64,000 nucleotides of DNA, from assembly GCA_038087875.1 (NCBI GenBank), contig CM075993.1, positions 8,496,001 to 8,560,000 on the forward strand. Direction: 5' to 3'. This document shows, piece by piece, positions 11,966 through 25,420 of the stretch (its first letter is position 1; each line of letters opens with the position of its first letter). Source of the DNA: Malacoraja senta. Its lineage: Eukaryota. Under the pieces are notes generated by a model. The model did no database searches and was not told the origin of the DNA. It saw only the letters and a list, made by a program, of their open reading frames with translations. The translations under genes were made by a program, and so were the position numbers.

Positions 11966-13437
11966 TTTGACGAAACTAGACTGGGAACTGTTTACCTTCT
12001 ATTTTATTTTCCTCCGGGAACAGTGAATATGATTTCACTGAAGTTGCCAATTATAGACAGAAGCAGCCAGCTGGACCTGTCTTGCTTGCTCCCTGTATCC
12101 TCATCTGTTCAACGGTTCCTGTTTGTGATGTTGAAAACTTTGCTTGTCGTTATGGCTGCTTTTCTTGCCCAGAGGGCAGGGAGGGGGGAGGTAGATGGAA
12201 TAACAAGGAACGACACAAGAACCACCCTTCACCCTCTCTTTCCCCCCCCTGCTGCCCCCACCACTCTGGAGGCCTGACTGACCTCGCACCAGTTTCTCCC
12301 CTCCCCGTCTGCTTGTACAGTTTATAATGGATACCCAATTCACAACTTTTCTGTCACTAAGCTTAACAATGTTCAACTCTTCATCCTTTTGGGCTCTTCA
12401 TCTTGGGTCTCTGTCCAACAAGCTGCCGATCAAATAACCCCCTCACCAGTGTTCGCCGATTACCACTCCCCTTTCCCCACCTCTCTCTCAGCTTTCTTCC
12501 TCCCCCCCGTTCAATCAGTCTGAAGAAGGGTCCAGCTGTGTTACGCCAGCATTTTACATCTATAGGAGGTAGATGGAGACTGAATGTTGTTGGGATCAAT
12601 TCAGGATGCAGGGTATATCAAACTGAACTGGTTCTCATTCGCCTGTAATGGTGACAGGGGCTTAGTGGACCTGTTTTGAGGCAGTGTTGGTGTTCTATCG
12701 GGTTTGCAACAGGCTATCTGATATTTGACAGTGAGCAGGTACACAGAGCTTCAGATTGCATGCCTCTGCCTCTGACAACCCCAGATGGGTTTTGTAACAA
12801 ACGGACAATCTCGCAGTCAGATTCCAGCTCTTCTCACCAGATATTGATTATTTTATAAACAGCTGTTGTAGTTGAGCTGATTAATTGGTTAATGCTTTTA
12901 TTTATGTCCAGAAATCAAAACCTGTGCATTTGTGCACTCTGCCTGTGATAGGTACTTGTTCACTAAACACCTACTTCGCATATTGTCTCAGAATAAAGCA
13001 GTGGTTTTGTTGGCTTTCTTAGAAGCTGAACTTGTGACCTGGATCACTCGGGTTTCTGCCCTCTCAACAACACCATTTCCGCATGGCCTTCTGAGTGTTT
13101 CCAGCATTTTCTGTGAATTATAGAAATGCTTTATCCAATTTTCATAGCAGCTTGAGCAGAAACCCGAGTGTGTTCTCTCTCGAGCTGCTCTCAAAGTGAT
13201 GCTCCATTTGGATTCCCAGGAATTCCCTGCACTTGCTGACTCACAGAATTTTTCCTGTTGCTTCGCTTATCCCAGGGGCAAAGGCTGCTATACCAGTAAT
13301 CTGTGATGTTGCTGGAATGAACAAGATGGATGGAGAGTTATTTTGAGGAACTGTTCTCTACTGGAGACATACATGCCCGCTGTCCACTTCATTTACTGTA
13401 GATTTTGAATCTGAAGCTTTTGTCACATAAGGATATA

Positions 13438-16400
13438 TAGAAACATAGAAAATAGGTGCAGGGGTAGACCATTTGGCCCTTCGAGCCAGCACCACCATTC
13501 AATATGATCATGGCTGATCATCCAAAATCAGTACCCCGTTCTGGCTTTTCCCCCCATATCCCTTGATCCCCTTAGCCCTAACAGCTAAATCTAACTCTCT
13601 CTTGAAAACATCCAGTGAATTGGCCTCCACTGCCTTCTGTGGCAGAGAGTTCCGCAGATTCACGACTCTCTGGGTGCAAAAGTGTTTCCTCATCTCAGTC
13701 CTAAACGGCCCACCCCTTATTCTTAAACTGTGACCCCTGGTTCTGGACTCCCCCAACATCGGGAACTTTTTTTTTCTGCATCTACCCTGTCCAATCCTCT
13801 AAGCATTTTATATGTTTCTATAAGATATCCTCTCATCCTTCTAAATTCCAGTGAATACTAGCCCAGTCGACCCATTTTTTCATCATATGTCAATCTCGCC
13901 ATCCTGGGAATTAACCTGGTGAACCTACGCTGCACTCCCTCAATAGAAATAATGTCCTTCAAATTAGGAGACCAAAAGTGCACAAAATACTCCAGGTGTG
14001 GTCTCACTAGAGCCCTGTACAATTGCAGTAGGACCACCTTGCTCCTAAATTCAAATCCTCTCGCAATGACGGCCAACATGCCATTAGCTTTCTTCATTGC
14101 CTGTTGTACCTGCATGTTCACTTTCAGTGACTGATGTACAAGCACACCCAGGTCTCGTTGCACCTCCCCTTCTCCTAATCTGACATCATTCAGATAATAA
14201 TCTGCCTTCCTGTTCTTGCCTCACATTTATCCACATTATACTGCATCTGCCATGCTTATGCCCACTGACCCAACCTATCCAAGTCACCCTGCAGCCTCAT
14301 AGCATCCTCGTCGCAGCTCACACTGCCACCCAGCTTTGTGTCATCCGCAAACTTATATAACCATATAACCATATAACAATTACAGCACGGAAACAGGCCA
14401 TCTCGGCCCTTCTAGTCCGTGCCAAACACTTACTCTCACCTAGTCACATCTACCTGCACTCAGACCATAACCCTCCATTCCTTTCCCGTCCATATACCTA
14501 TCCAATTTATTTTTAAATGATGAAATCGAACCTGCCTCCACCACTTCCACTGGAAGCTCATTCCACACAGCTACCACTCTCTGAGTAAAGAACTTCCCCC
14601 TCATGTTACCCCTAAACTTTTGTCCCTTAATTCTCAAATCATGTCCTCTTGTTTGAATCTCAATGGAAAAAGCTTATCCACGTCAACTCTGTCTATCCCT
14701 CTCATAATTTTAAAGATCTCTATCAAGTCCCCCCTTAACCTTCTGCGCTCCAAAGAATAAAGACCTATCTTGTTCAACCTTTCTCTGTAACTTAGGTGCT
14801 GAAACCCAGGCAACATTCTAGTAAATCTCCTCTGTACTCTCTCTATTTCGTTGACATCTTTCCTATAATTTGGCGACCAAAATTGTACACCATACTCCAG
14901 AATTGGCCTCACCAATGCCTTGTACAATCTTAACATTACATCCCAACTTCTATACTCAATGCTCTGATTTATAAAGGCCAGCACACCAAAAGCTTTCTTT
15001 ACCACCCTATCTACATGAGATTCCACCTTCAGGGAACTATGCACAGTTATTCCTAGAACCCTCTGTTCAACTGCTTCCTCAATTTGCTACCATTTACCAT
15101 GTACGTCCTATTTTGATTTGTCCTGCCAAGATGTAGCACCTCACACTTATCAGCATTAAACTCCATCTGCCATTTTTCAGCCCACTCTTCCAAATGGCCT
15201 AAATCTCTCTGTAGACTTTGAAAATCTACTTCATTATCCACAACACCACCTATCTTAGTATCATCTGCATACTTACTAATCCAATTTACCACACCATCAT
15301 CCAGATCATTGATATATATGACAAACAACAGTGGACCCAACACAGATCCCTGAGGCACCCCACTAGTCACCGGCCTCCAACCTGACAAACAGTTATCCAC
15401 CATTACTCTCTGGTATCTCCCATTCAGGCACTGTTGAATCCATCTTGCTACTCCACTATTAATACCCAACAATTGAACCTTCTTAACCAACCTTCCATGT
15501 GGAACCTTGTCAAAGGCCTTACTGAAGTCCATATAGACAACATCCACCGCTTTACCCTCATCAATTTCCCTAGTAACCTCTTCAAAAAATTCAAGAAGAT
15601 TAGTCAAACATGACCTTCCAGGCACAAATCCATGTTGACTGTTCCTAATCAGACCCTGTTTATCCAGATGATTATATATATTATCTCTAAGTATCCTTTC
15701 CATTAATTTGCCCACCACTGATGTCAAACTAACAGGTCTAGAATTACTAGGTTTACTCTTGGAGATGTTACATTTAATTCCCTTGTCTAAATCGTTAATA
15801 TATATTGTAAACAACTGGGGTCCCAGCACCGAGCCTTGCGGCACCCCACTAGTCACTGGCTGCCATTCTGAAAAGGACCCGTTAAGTCCTACTCTTTGCT
15901 TCCTGTCTGCTAGCCATGTCAATTACCTACCCCCAATACCATGTGCTCTAATTTTACACACTAATCTCTTGTGTGGGACCTTGTCAAAGGCTTTTTGAAA
16001 GTCCAGATACGCCACATCCACTGGCTCTCCCTTATCCATTCTACTTGTTACATCCTCAAAAAATTCCAAAAGATTAGTCAAGCATGGTTTCCCCTTCATA
16101 AATCCATGCTGACTTTGACTGATCCTGCCACTGCTTTCCAAATGCACTGCTATAGCATCTTTAATAATCGACTCCAGCATCTTCCCCACTACCGATGTAA
16201 GGCTAACTGATCTATAGTTCCGTTTTCTCTCTCCCTCCTTTCTTAAAAAATGGAGTTACATTGGCTACCCTTCAATCCACAGGAACTGATCCAAAGTCGA
16301 GAGAACATTGGAAAATAATCACCAATGCATCTACGATTTCTTGGGCCACCTCCTTGAGTACTCTGGGATGCAGACCATCTGGCCCTGGGGATTTATCTGC

Positions 16401-16868
16401 TTTCAGCCCCAACAGTTTACCTAACACCGTTTTCTGATTAATGTGGATTCCCTTCAGTTTCTCCCTCCCATTAGATCCTCGGTCCCCTAGTATTTCCGGG
16501 AGATTGTTTGTGTCTTCCTTAGTGAAGACAGAACCACAGTACTCGATTAACTGTTCTGTCATTTCCTTGTTTCCCATTATAAATTTGCCTGTCTCTGACT
16601 GTAAGGGACCTACATTCATCTTCACTAACCTTTTCTTTTTTACATACCTAAAGAAAGTTTTACAGTCAGTTTTTATATTCCCCACAAGCTTTCTTTCATG
16701 CTCTTCCACCCCCCCCCCCTCTTAATTAACCCCTTTGTCATCCTCTGAGTTCTAAATTTCTCCCAGTCCTCTGGTTTGCCACTGCTTCTGGCCAATTTAT
16801 ATGCCTCTTCCTTGGATTTAAAACTATCCTTGACTTCCCTCGTCAGCCACAGTTGAGCCGCCTTCCCA
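13438..16868 (-). mobile_element. CR1 LINE, outer copy (13438-14354 and 15758-16868), 5'-truncated
   Basis: KSPGPDGLHPRVLKE, SQHGFMKGKPCLTNLLEFFE, YLDFQKAFDKVPH, GVPQGSVLGP, LYRALVRPHLEY. The 3' tail reads tagaaacatagaaaataggtgcagg on +. Confidence 0.93.
14355..15757 (-). mobile_element. CR1 LINE, inner copy of a different subfamily, nested in the outer copy
   Basis: Has its own RT motifs (SQHGFVPGRSCLTNL, YADDTKIGG) and an (ATATAACC)n 3' tail. The outer copy resumes exactly: gcaaactt|...|ggagatgttac. Confidence 0.92.
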
Positions 16869-17983
16869 GATATATATTAGTGTATTCTCTCCTACAGTCA
16901 ATAGTCATGAGTTAGAACTCTGTTTATCAAAGGTTGCATGCAGTGTTTACAAATGATTCAAGTACATGAGGCATTCTGGTAACGTACTATTATTTGGACA
17001 AACTAGGAAATGATGCCGCGGGAATCAAACGATTCAACACTTCCCCGTCTCCACGGTCCATCCTTCCCCCACGCCCCCTCTGCCGTGCATCATCGCTCCG
17101 TCCCATGTACCTTCTCCCTCCTCCTTCCTTTCCTCCTCCCTTGTGTCTTTTCCCTCATCAATCCCCTGTCCTCTTCATCATTAACTGCCCTCTACTCTCC
17201 ACGGCCCCCTCACAAATGACCACCCCCTAAACCAACTCTCTAGTCAAAACACTAAGTGCTGGAATAATTCAGCAAGTCAGGCTGAAGAAATCATCTCTGG
17301 AAATCATGAATAGATGACGCTTTGGGTCGGGACCCTTCATCAGACTTCACTCTGTCCAGAGTATATTTCTGTAGACCCTAAACATCCTCACCTCCCAATA
17401 GCTAGTCCCTTCATTACCATCCAAAACCCCATTTACTGCCCTGAGCCTTTAGATAGATTTCTACGATCTATCAGCCAACACTGTTGAAAAATTTCAGATA
17501 CAAGTTTTGAAAATTGGATAATTGCACCATTAAGAAAGGCAGCTGTGCATCCATTAGGAATGAGAACCTCATCTATTCATGTTATTCCTTCTTGCCTTTA
17601 GTTCTTGGTCACTGGGTAAATGTCTGATTTTCAAATGAAGATGCAATGTACTGTAGGGCATGACTGCCCAGAACGTAATAGAGTCATCTAGGAAACTATA
17701 AACTTGCTATTGGTGAAGCAGTGTAAATCAGGTTGAAACAAAGATAAATTGCATTTATTATTGAGATTTCAACAGGATATCCTCATTGGCAAGCTTCAGG
17801 TTGCTGAGATTGGATTACATGTGACGCTATTGTGTTTTGAGATTGATTTGAAAGTTCTTATCCGTTGGATGGGTATGGCACAACTTTCTCACTCAGATTG
17901 CAGCGTGATGGACAGATATCACACAATTAAATTCTAAATGTAACCCCAAACATCTGCCAAGCTGCCTCTGGAATCTTGGAAAA

Positions 17984-18251
17984 CAGACACAAAATGCTGG
18001 AGTAACTCAGCAGGACAGGCAACATCTCTGGAGAGAAGGAATGGGTGACATTTTGGGTCGAGACACTTCTTCAGACTGACCAACTTCAGTCTGAAGAAGG
18101 GTCTCGGTATGAATATTGTTTTCACCGTTTCTCTGAAGGGTTTCGACCCGAAACAACTTCTCTCCAGAGATGCTGCCTGTCCTGCTGAGTTACTCCAGCA
18201 TTTTGTGCCTATTTTTGGTGTAAACCAGCATCTGCAATACCTTCCAACACA
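17984..18251. repeat. Compound PLE pLTR fold-back repeat
   Basis: Inverted arms, with an internal gtatgaatattg piece from the endonuclease C-terminus. Confidence 0.8.
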
Positions 18252-18917
18252 TCTCTTTTCGTAGATTCAGTTTGGGTTGAGATTCTGACAAAATCTCTAC
18301 CCATATTTTTTTGAAAGCCTCAACTTGCCAAGCTTTGAAATTTCTCACTGAGGAAATGCTTTCTCCACACATTGCAATGGTGGACATTAGCAACAAATGT
18401 TCAAATATTGTCCTCTTTTGCCATCCTTGTGTATCAAATATGAGACTTTCCCTGTTAATGACCACAATGGAATAGAAATTTAATCTTGTAAATATGTGAG
18501 TGTTCTGGTAATTTATTTAAGTGCCATTTTGTGTGCCTGGCTTACAAACTACACCATTTAAGAGCGAGGAGTACAAATGTTATCAATAAACTATGGACGG
18601 AGGTTAAGTTTGATTATTTTTGCTTTTTGGGGGAGAAAAGGCTAAATCACCATTTGCAACCAAAACCCTGGACCTCGTTGCAATCATTTTTCTTGAGTCA
18701 GCAGTTTGTTTTTGGAGCAGTTAGTAGCAAAATAACAAGAGTTTTAAATTGAACGATTGAATGAGATTTATTATCATCAGTAGCAAAGTTGAGTGGAAGT
18801 GAGGTTTCCAGTAGGTTTTGGTATGGGCCCTCAGATTTTGATGGATAATAATAACATTAAAATCCCAGCCACTAGGATAGTATCCCACTCCAATCACAAC
18901 TTTAGGAATTCCTTGGT

Positions 18918-19088
18918 ATCGTGGGTTTTCTCTGGGTGCTCTAATTTCCTCCCACACTCCAAAGATGTGCATGTTTGTAGGTTCATTGGCTTCTGTAAAA
19001 TTGTTCCTAATGTGTAGGATTGAACTAGTGTAGGGGGTGATCGCTGGTCGCGTGGACTTGGTGGGCCTGTTTCCACACTATCTCTAAA
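18918..19088 (+). mobile_element. HE1/V-SINE 3' part
   Basis: cgtgggttttctctgggtgctc...ctcccacactccaaagatgtgc...gggcctgtttccacactatctctaaa. Confidence 0.8.
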
Positions 19089-19624
19089 GTGAAGACTGCA
19101 GATGTTGGAATCTTGAGCAAAACCCAAAGTGCTGGACAATTTCGGGTCAGGCAGCATCTGGGGAGGGAATGGGCAGGTGACATGTCTTTCTGGGACACTC
19201 CTCGTAACCATCTATGCTTATTCCATTTACCTGCACTTGGCCCATAGCATTCTCAGGTTCGGCAACACAAGTGCTCACCGAGGTACTTCAATGTTGAGAA
19301 CTGTCAACCATCTCTCCACACTCATACAGGCCAACTGCCCTCTGAGTGAAAATGTTCTTCCTCAGATTCGCTCTGAATCTCTAGCTTCATCCGAAACCTA
19401 TGCTTTCTAGTCTTATTTACTTCTGTTATTGAGGAAAGTTTCCTCGTCTCCACTACGACCTAATTAATTTTACATACTTCTGTCTACCCCCCCCCCCCCC
19501 CACCCCCCCAGCGCCCTGCACTTCCAGGGAAAACAAATTAATCTCCTTGCGTCTCTTATCACTGCAACAACACTCCTTTGTAAATCTCCTTTACATTTCC
19601 CCAGTGTAATCATGTCCTTGTTAT

Positions 19625-19858
19625 GGAGACACAAGGAACTACAGATATTGAAATCTTGAGCTAAGCACAAATGACTGGAGGAACAGCAGTTCAGGCAGTG
19701 GAGGGAATGGACGAATGATGTTTCGGGTCGGGACCCTTCTTCAGATCCCTCCCCCTCCCCCAACTGCAATCAGTGTCTGAAGAAGAGTCGTGGCCCAAAA
19801 CATCATCTCTTCTTTTCTTCCACAGGTGTTGTCTGATCCGCTGAGTTCAGCACTTTGC
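19625..19858. repeat. Degenerate PLE pLTR fold-back repeat
   Basis: tttcgggtcgggacccttcttcaga, then tctgaagaagagtcgtggcccaaaacatc in opposite orientation. Confidence 0.7.
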
Positions 19859-20197
19859 TTCGATCATATCCTTTGTTATAGTGTGAGGGCCTGTCCCACT
19901 TGGCCGTCATTCACGCCCCATTTACGCGACCTGCTAGCGTGTGGGTAGCACGGGACGGGCGCATGGAGTGGCGTGGAGGAGTGTGGACTTCGTCCTGCAC
20001 AAAATCTTCGCGCGCCACCGGCCTGTCGCGTAACTGACGGCCAAAGTGGGACAGGCCCAAGACCCTGGCGCGGAGCAACGTCTCACCTCCAACAGCAGCA
20101 GAAGCAGGCAAACGATCGCCGAGCTCGGCCTGGGGCTCACGGCCGTTCCGCATCCGGATCCGCCCCCACTCCTACTCCCAGAGCGGGGCCAAGACGA

Positions 20198-20393
20198 TTG
20201 GAGATAGACACAAAATGCTGGAGTAACTCAGCGGGACTGGCAGCATCTCTGGAGAGAAGCAATGGGTGACGTTTCGGGTCGAGACCCTTCTTCAGACTGA
20301 AGTTAGTCTCGACCCGAAACATCATCCATTCCTTCTCTCCAGAGATACTGCCAGTCCTGCTGAGTTACTCCTGCATTTTGTGTCTATCTTCAA
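20198..20393. repeat. PLE pLTR fold-back inserted in the MITE
   Basis: ttggagatagacacaaaatgc ... gcattttgtgtctatcttcaa. Confidence 0.85.
20268..20295 (-). ncRNA. Minimal hammerhead ribozyme motif (PLE-derived)
   Basis: Reverse complement is ctgaagaagggtctcgacccgaaacgtc. Confidence 0.65.
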
Positions 20394-21955
20394 ATGACGT
20401 CACGCTCTCCAGACGGCTGTGCGGACGCATGATGACGCGCGGTGACCGTCGTGCGTCAGTCACTACCGGCCTGTCGTGTAAATGACGGCCAGGTGGGACA
20501 GGCCCTGTAGTGACCAGAACTGCACACAGTGCTCCCAGTGTGGCCTGACTGATATTTTATACAGTTTTGCCACAACTTACCAGCTCTTATATTCTGTCCT
20601 CTTTTTGATGAAGACAAGTGGCAAGTACCCCATAATTTGCCTTCTACACCTTCTCTATCAGTCCTATTCAGGGGTCCTTAAACTTGTCCTTCAAGGTTCC
20701 TGTATTCCTTGGATCCTGCCACTCATTGTGTTTGAATGAATCCATACCCTCATTCATGCTGCCAAAAAGCATCACTTTGCATTTATCCAGATCAAGTCCC
20801 ATCTGCAATTGCTCTGCCATCTTGCTGACTGATCAGTATCATCTTGTAGCCTCACTCAATGTGCTGCTCAGTGAACAGAGGTTACAGTACCAGGGTGTAA
20901 TGGTGCCATAGTTACAGCAAAGGACACGGCTGTTTATTCTTTGGGTCAGTGCCCGTTGCTGGTGGAATAACCCTGCCCTATTGTTCCTGCGGGGAGCCAG
21001 CCAGACTGACAGTGCAAGTCACTTACTTCTACAATCTATGCATGGGAAGTATGTTGTTTTTGAACAATATCTCGTGTGTAGTCATTGCAGCAATACAGAA
21101 AATCTAAAGTTTATTAGCAGTCCAGCTTGTGTTACTCTTGTTACAAACCAACAAACCAATAGCTGTTTCATTCAAACACATTCCGTCAGTGGAATAGAAG
21201 GCATCATTTATACAGGATCGTTTTTAAAGGCAGTCAATGCTTCAGCAGTCTGGGTTTTTGATCCAATTTATGCAATTGATGCAATTTCATATGTCTGTTA
21301 TTTTAACGATTATCCAATCAGGAGAATACTTAGAAAGATCTTCTTATCGAGTCCACATCACAAGATTAAAATTGGTTCAGCCAGAGCTGAACACTCTTCT
21401 CGGCATCTGCTTACAATGGCTTCTTGTGCGCAGTGATGGAAAGATTGGTGGAATGAAGGCTGCAACGTGAACGCTCTTTCCTTGACCCCATGTAGAAAAA
21501 TTATATTGATTACATCCGTTTTTCAAACTTCCTTCAGTTTTATCCCCTGCTATAAATTTGTATCCAAATTAATTCTTTACAAATGATCATCTAGTTCTTC
21601 ATCTGAGGTCGGATTAACTTGGAGGGCTATTCCTTATATATGTGATAATAAATTTGAACAATTTGCTTAACTCTTCTATTTCTCTTGTCTGAACAATTAT
21701 CTTTCTGTGTGCTGGGAATATGTTTAGAGGAATTTCAAATTTTTATGAAACGAGAGTTTGTAGGTTTAAGTGAATCATGTTTCAGATGTTCTGATCAGTA
21801 TTTCTGAGGCAGTTGACATCAAGGCTCTGAAAGGAAATACTGCAGGAAAGAGTACGAGCTGCTAACCTTTCCCACCATTGTTGCTCACCATTCATTTATT
21901 TCGTATATTTTGCCAAATCACTGGCTGATCCCAAAGAAACCACGACCATTATCTG

Positions 21956-22163
21956 AAGATAGACACAAAATGCTGGAATAACTCAGTGGGACGATCAGCA
22001 TCCCTGGATAGAAGGAATGGGGGACGTTTCGGGTCGAGACCTTTCTGACCAGTCTGAAGAAGGATCTTGACCCGAAACGTCACCCATTCCTTCTCTCTAG
22101 AGACGCTGCCCGTCCCGCTGAGTTACTCCAGCATTTTGTGTCTTTCTTTGCACCTGCAGTTCT
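21956..22163. mobile_element. PLE pLTR fold-back insertion with 11-bp TSD accattatctg
   Basis: TSD copies at 21945-21955 and 22164-22174; inverted arms. Confidence 0.88.
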
Positions 22164-22282
22164 ACCATTATCTGTATGAATTTCTAATTAAAGCACTGGA
22201 AAAGACCTGAGGTACCAAAATTTCAATGTACCTTCTATACAGGTATAGTACACATTATTATCTAAATTACTCTCTAAATGGC

Positions 22283-23003
22283 AGATTACTATCTAAATGG
22301 CGTCAAGTTGGGGAAAATGGGAAGTGCAACGGAATCTGGGAGTCCTTGTACATCATTCCATGAAAGTAAGCATGCAGGTACAGCAGGCAGTGAAGAAAGC
22401 GAATGGCATGTTGGCCTTTATAACAAGAATCGAATATAGGAGCAAAGAGGTCCTTCTACAGTTGTACAGGGCCCTAGTGAGGCCACACCTGGAGTATTGT
22501 GTGCAGTTTTGTGTCCCCTAATGTGAGGACGGACATTCTTGCTATTGAGGGAGTGCAGAGAGAATATGCTGAGAGAATGGAGCAGCTGGCTTGTACACTC
22601 TGGAGTTTAGAAGGATGAGAGGGAATCTCATTGAAACATATAAGATTGTTAAGGGTTTGGACACGCTAGAGGCAGGAAACATGTTCCCGATGTTGGGGGA
22701 GTCCAGAACCAGGGGCCACAGTTTAAGAGTAAGGAGTAAGCCATTTAGAACAGAGACGAGGAAACACTTTTTCTCACAGAGAGTGGTGAGTCTGTGGAAT
22801 TCTCTGCCTCAGAGGGGGTGGAGGCAGGTCCTCTGGATGCTTTCAAGAGAGAGCTAGATAGGGCTCTTAAAAATAGCGGAGTCAGGGGATATGGGGAGAA
22901 GGCAGGAACGTGGTACTGATTGGGGATGATCAGCCATGATCACATTGAATGGCGGTGCTGGCTCGAAGGGACGAATGGCCTACTCCTGCACCTATTGTCT
23001 ATT
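22283..23003 (+). mobile_element. CR1 LINE 3' fragment
   Basis: VKKANGMLAFI, LYRALVRPHLEYCVQF, RTRGHSLR. 3' end cctactcctgcacctattgtctatt. Confidence 0.9.
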
Positions 23004-23330
23004 ATCTGTCCCTCTGTAAGCCTTAAGGTGGTATGTTTACTGAATTTTATCTGGTGAGTTTTATGTGGAGATCACTAAATTGTCAAAGTGCTGCTGGAGT
23101 TTATCTAACTGAAACCAGACAACTTCCCCATGTTCCTTTTTAAAATTTTCGGATCTAGGAGTAATTGCTGGGGCTAGGATTTATTGCCAACTCTGAATTG
23201 CTTTTAAACTTGGGTGGCTTGCCATTCTAGAGGAATATAAAGGACAGCCACATGGGTGGTTTAGAGTTGTATATAGATCAGATCGGGAAAGGGTGCTAGA
23301 TATTCATGCTAAAAGACATCAGTAATGGAA

Positions 23331-24733
23331 TAGACAAAAATGCTGGAGAAACTCAGCGGGTGAGGCAGCATCTATGGAGTGAAAGAATTAGGCAACGTTT
23401 CGGGTCGAGACCCTTCTTCAGACTGATGTGAGGGTGAGGGGGTGGGGGGGGCGGGAAGAAGAAAGGAAAAGGCGGAGACAGTGGGCTGAGGGAGAGCTGA
23501 GAAGGGGAGGAGAAAGCAGGGACTACCTGAAATTAGAGAAGTCAATGTTCATACCATTGGGGTGTAAACTGCTCAAGCGAAATATGAGGTGCTGCTCCTC
23601 CAATTTACGGTGGTCCTCACTCTAGCCATGGAGGAGGCCCAAGACAGAAAGGCCGGATTCGGAATGGGAGGGGGAGTTGAAGTGCTGAGCCACCGGGAGA
23701 TCAGGTTGGTTAATGCGAACCGAGCGGAGGTGTTGGGCGAAGCGATCGCCAAGCCTAAGCTTGGTCTCACCGATGTAAAGCACCTGACACCAAGAGCAGC
23801 GGATGCAATAGATGAGGTTGGAGGAGGTGCAGGTGAACCTCTGCCGCACCTGGAAAGACTGCTTGGGTCCTTTAATGGAGTCAAGGGGGAGATAAAGCGA
23901 CAAGTGTAGCATTTCCTGCGGTTGCAAGGGAAAATGCCAGGAGAGGGGGTGGTTTGGGTGGGAAGGGAAGAATTGACCAGGGAGTTACGGAGGGAGCAGT
24001 CTCTGCGGAAAGCAGACAGTGGAGGAGATGGGAAGATGTGGCCAGTGGTGGGATCCCGTTGGAGGTGGCGAAAATGTCGGGAGGATTATTTGTTGTATGT
24101 GACAGCTGGTGGGGTGGAAGGTGAGGACAAGGGGGACTCTGCCCTTGGTACGAGTGGGGGGATGGGGCGTGAGAGCAGAGTTACGGGCTATAGAAGAGAC
24201 CCTGGTGAGAGCCTCATCTATAGTAGAAGAGGGGAACCCCCGTTCCCTGAAGAATGAGGACATCTCCGATGCCCTAGTGTGGAACACCTCATCCTGGGTG
24301 CAGATGCGGCGTAAAAAGAGGAATTGGGAGTAGGGGATGGAGTCCTTACAGGAAGCAGGGTGGGAAGAAGTGTAGTCTAGATAGCCATGGGAGACAGTGA
24401 GTTTTTAGTGGATGTCGGTCAGTAGTCTGTCACCTGCGATGGAGATAGTGAGGTCTAGAAACGGGAGGGAAATGTCGGAAATTATCCAGGTGTATTTGAG
24501 TGCCGGATGGAAGTTAGTGGTGAAATGGATGAAGTCAGTGAGTTGTGTGTGGGTGCAGGAGGTAGCACCAATGCAGTCATCGATGTAGCGGAGATAGAGT
24601 TTGGGAAATTGGCCCTGGTACTCCACGAACAAAGATTGTTCGACGTACCCTACAAAGAGGCAGGCATAACTAGGGCCCATGTGCGTGCCCATAGCTACAC
24701 CTTGTATTTGGAGGAAATGGGAGAAGTCAAACG
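23331..24733 (-). mobile_element. 5'-truncated Penelope-like retroelement: RT, GIY-YIG endonuclease, 3' pLTR
   Basis: Minus-strand ORFs give RT motifs GVAMGTHMGPSYACLFVG, YLRYIDD and LPFLDL, then RVPLVLTFHP and the GIY-YIG region FTCTSSNLIYCIRC..C..LYIGET..RL.DRF.QH. Frameshifts are present. Confidence 0.9.
23394..23421 (-). ncRNA. Minimal hammerhead ribozyme motif in the PLE 3' end, on the element's sense strand
   Basis: Reverse complement is CTGAAGA-A-GGGT-CTCG-ACCC-GAAA-CG-TT: CUGANGA and GAAA core boxes, stem II, palindromic ACGT in place of helix III, and a UH site. Confidence 0.7.
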
Positions 24734-24736
24734 GTA

Positions 24737-25040
24737 TAGTTTAGTTTAGAGATACAGCACGGAAACAGGCCCTTTCGCCCACCGTCCACGCCGACCAGCG
24801 ATCCCCGCACATTAACACTATCCTACACAAACTAGGGACAATTTACAATTTTACCAAGCCAATTAACCTACAAACCTGTACGTCTTTGGAATGCAGGAGG
24901 AAACCGGAGATCCCAGGGAAAACCCACTCAGGTCACGGGGAGAACATACAAACTCTGTACAGATAGCGCTGGTAGTCAGGATCGTACCCGAGTCTCTGGC
25001 ACTGTAAGGCAGCAACTCTACCGCTGCACCACCGTGCCAC
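24737..25040 (-). mobile_element. HE1/V-SINE, near full length
   Basis: (tagtt)n tail, V-domain, and tRNA-like head ...ggcagcaactctaccgctgcaccaccgtgcc. Confidence 0.88.
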
Positions 25041-25226
25041 TCTCTATTGTACTACAATCCAATAGTTTTGTAAAAGAAAATTAGTAAACACAAGATTTTA
25101 TACTTCCAGATTATTAACTGAATTTAAATTCCAAAGCTACCGTATGGGATTTGGAAAAAAAGACACAAAGTGATGGAGTAACTCAGCAGGTCAGACAACA
25201 TCTGTGGAGAGCATGAATAGGTGGCA

Positions 25227-25420
25227 GGCAGACACAAAATGCTGGAGTAACTCAGCGGATGAGGCAGCATCTATGGAGAGAAGGAATGGGTGACGTTTTG
25301 GATCGAGACCCGAAACGTCACCCATTCCTTCTCTCAATAGATGCTGCCTCACCCCTTGAGTTACTCCAGCATTTTGTGTCCACCTTCGATTCTATCCGGC
25401 ATCTGCAGTTTTTTCTCACA
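25227..25420. mobile_element. PLE pLTR fold-back insertion with 15-bp TSD catgaataggtggca
   Basis: TSD copies at 25212-25226 and 25421-25435. Inserted into an older pLTR copy beginning about 25160. Confidence 0.88.

Larger units (their letters stand above)
19887..20505. mobile_element. Non-autonomous DNA transposon (PIF/Harbinger-like MITE)
   Basis: TIRs gggcctgtcccacttggccgtcatt and aatgacggccaggtgggacaggccc. CpG-rich interior. The superfamily call rests on the TIR start only. Confidence 0.75.
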
